Assembly: GCA_002269645.1 (NCBI GenBank)
Contig: NIVC01002612.1
Location: 1-62,220 of the forward strand
Direction of reading: 5' to 3'
Source of the DNA: Macrostomum lignano
Lineage: Eukaryota
Length of the DNA stretch: 62,220 nucleotides
Positions within the stretch are counted from its first letter, which is position 1. Each line of letters opens with the position of its first letter. Below the pieces are notes generated by a model, which saw nothing but the letters and a program-made list of their open reading frames with translations, ran no database searches and was not told the DNA's origin. The translations under genes were made by a program, and so were the position numbers. This document shows positions 59,936 to 62,220 of this stretch, one piece after another.

Positions 59936-60399
59936 ATTTCTTTTTGCAATGCACTTCATTTGAGCAGTTTGTCTGTTGTCTTTTTGAAGGATTTTTGGCT
60001 GTCTTTTTGTTACTTTAGAAAACAGAGATTCTATCCAGATGTCCCCCATCGGGGGGCGAAGATTGCTAGTGAAACACTAAAAGCAATAACCGCTGACTTT
60101 CTGCTGCACGCAATATCTGTCTGAGTTCCTCGCTGAGTCTCTCTTGTTAGCATTCGACTCTTTTGTGCTATTACTGCTATTACTGTGATCATGATTTACT
60201 CGTAAGCCATGTGCAATGGGCAAACAGAGCTCTCTTCACTGTTACCATGCCATGCCATCTAAGGTAAACAGTTGCCATCTCTGCCATTTCATACCCATGA
60301 CCTGGGTTGTTGCTGGGTCATCGGCATTTTAATCTGGCTGCTGGAGGCATAGTCACGCTGGAGATGGTAAAAAAGGATTAGATTCACTCCGAAAATGGC

Positions 60400-60960
60400 A
60401 TCTAAGGAGATTTACTCTGGAAATGCTAGCTGGGAAGATTCACTCCGAAAATGCTAGCTGGGAAGATTCACTCCGAAAATGCTAGCTGGGAAGATTCACT
60501 CCGGAAATGCTAGCTGGGAAGATTCACTCCGGAAATGCTAGCTGGGAAGATTCACTCCGGAAATGCTAGCTGGGAAGATTCACTCCGGAATTGCTAGCTG
60601 GGAAGATTCACTCCGAAAATGGCATCTAAAGAGATTCACTCCGAAATTGGTAGCTGGGAAGATTCACTCCAGACCAGCTGGGAAGCTTCTCTCCTGAATT
60701 GATAGCTAAGAAGATTCACTCCAGAAATGGTAGCTGGGAAATGATTCACTCCGGAAATGTTAGCTGGGAATTGATTCACTCCGGAAATGGTAGCTGGGAA
60801 TTGATTCACTCCGGAAATGTTAGCTGGGAATTGATTCACTCCGGAAATGGTAGCTGGGAATTGATTCACTCCGGAAATGTTAGCTGGGAATTGATTCACT
60901 CCGGAAATGTTAGCTGGGAATTGATTCACTCCGGAAATGGTAGCTGGGAATTGATTCACC
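60400..60960. repeat. 28/30-bp minisatellite (GATTCACTCCGGAAATGYTAGCTGGGAA[TT])n
   Basis: 28-bp units at 60400-60680 and 30-bp units at 60710-60960. Confidence 0.95.
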
Positions 60961-62220
60961 CTGCTCTCCACCTGTCAAGTCATGAGCATCCAACTAATAT
61001 TTATCAAATAATCAATTAATAATTTATGAAAATTCGCATTCACATTAAGGGTAAGTTCAGATTAAGATCAAGAGTCTTTTGCTTGTCTTTATATTGCTTA
61101 GCACATTACGAGTATCAGACAGTTTTTATCATTCGTGCTTTATCGCTCTGACTAATTATGCTGGTGTATTTGCTTCAGGCGCTTATTTAGGCAATCTCGT
61201 ATCAGCTGTACCTTTTATGCCCACGCATCCTCTCTCGCAGCTGCTCGAGTGTAGTGCGGCAGTGCGCCTCATCACTGCCTGCTAAATCTTCTACTCCAGT
61301 ATAACCGGTATTCAAGCTGCTTGCATTGTTGATCCGCCCCAGCGAGTGTACTGGCGAAATTGGATGTTACTAACCCGGCTGACGGCCGAGTAATTAGCGT
61401 CGACCCGGACGTCAGATAATGCGTGCGAGTATACGAGTAGGCGGTAGGATTAGTTCTCCAGTAAATTGAGAATTAATTAAAAGCAACTTGTGCACGAATT
61501 TTACACAAATGGTTGACACTGCTACTTGTACTGCATGGAGACAATGCATACTTTTATGAAGCTATAGAATATGTGTTTTATTCAGTATGTTCACCGGTAG
61601 CTGTCCCCAATTGTGTATATTCACAAACAAATTGTTGCATTTACAATTTGTACATAATAAGCATAATATTAAATCTTTACCGGAACTCTATAATAATTAT
61701 TATTTATAAACAAACTTAAATTGAATACGAATACATTTTTCATTTTCGTTGCCCTCGTGTCATGATTTGCATCCTACATGTTATGTAATCGAATACTACA
61801 TGTTTAAGATGTATGAACAGTGTATGACGAAATCGATGGAGCTGTTGCCCTCAGGACCCCGGGTCCTGCACGTAATGGCGTGGTGAACTATCTGTGCAGT
61901 ATGAGACTGGTATGGCCTTTATCCAGCCAGCGATGCTCACACCTGCCCCCTCCCCTGGTGGGCTGATATCTCAAGAGACTCTGTCTCCTGCTTTTCACCT
62001 TGCAAGGTGCACTTCGAAGGGTACTCGTCCCGTGGGTGTTCAGGTAGGCCTCCTTGGGCCTTGCCGAGCTGATTCGTTGGCGCCTGGTCCTGGTCCTTAA
62101 ACGCACCCTCTAAGGTCCAGTGTAACTCCGTGCTGATGGACGCTTGGCCAGGGAGTAGTCTGGTCGCTAACGGTTCCCCTGGGCTTTTGGGTCCCCCGCA
62201 GGGTGGTAGCTCGTTTTTTG

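Noticed and set aside
61815-62220. Possible LTR starting TGTATGACG and short ORFs at the right edge
   Set aside because: No second LTR, PBS, PPT or gag/pol similarity is visible within the window.

Overview
Eukaryotic (animal) genomic DNA, not prokaryotic: GC-rich spliced exons are separated by AT-rich DNA that is dense in mini/microsatellites, MITEs and SINEs. The style (TTAGGG repeats, many 18-36 bp minisatellites, GC3-rich exons) suggests a free-living flatworm such as Macrostomum, but this is inference only. I built seven protein-coding models by hand from splice signals and reading-frame phase: (A) a large minus-strand polycystin-1/REJ-like receptor with signal peptide, LamG/pentraxin-like, WSC-like, PKD and REJ regions, running off the left end and carrying one 1-bp frameshift; (B) an intronless N-terminally membrane-anchored orphan ORF; (C) a 7-exon, 485-aa coiled-coil gene whose third intron has the hallmarks of a U12-type AT-AC (minor spliceosome) intron; (D) a 3x C2H2 zinc-finger gene; (E) GPKOW; (F) a 3-exon multi-pass membrane protein; (G) a signal-peptide gene with dibasic sites that looks like a prohormone. 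Mobile DNA comprises several non-autonomous TIR families with 8-bp TSDs (hAT-like and Merlin-like), some with internal motifs expanded into satellites, a tRNA-derived SINE (3 copies), a decayed Sola-like DDD transposase with a C-terminal PHD finger, and RTE-LINE, Harbinger and Tc1 fragments. Many long ORFs in the supplied track are artefacts of tandem repeats. No rRNA, intact tRNA or CRISPR array was seen. All calls were made by eye and no database searches were run.
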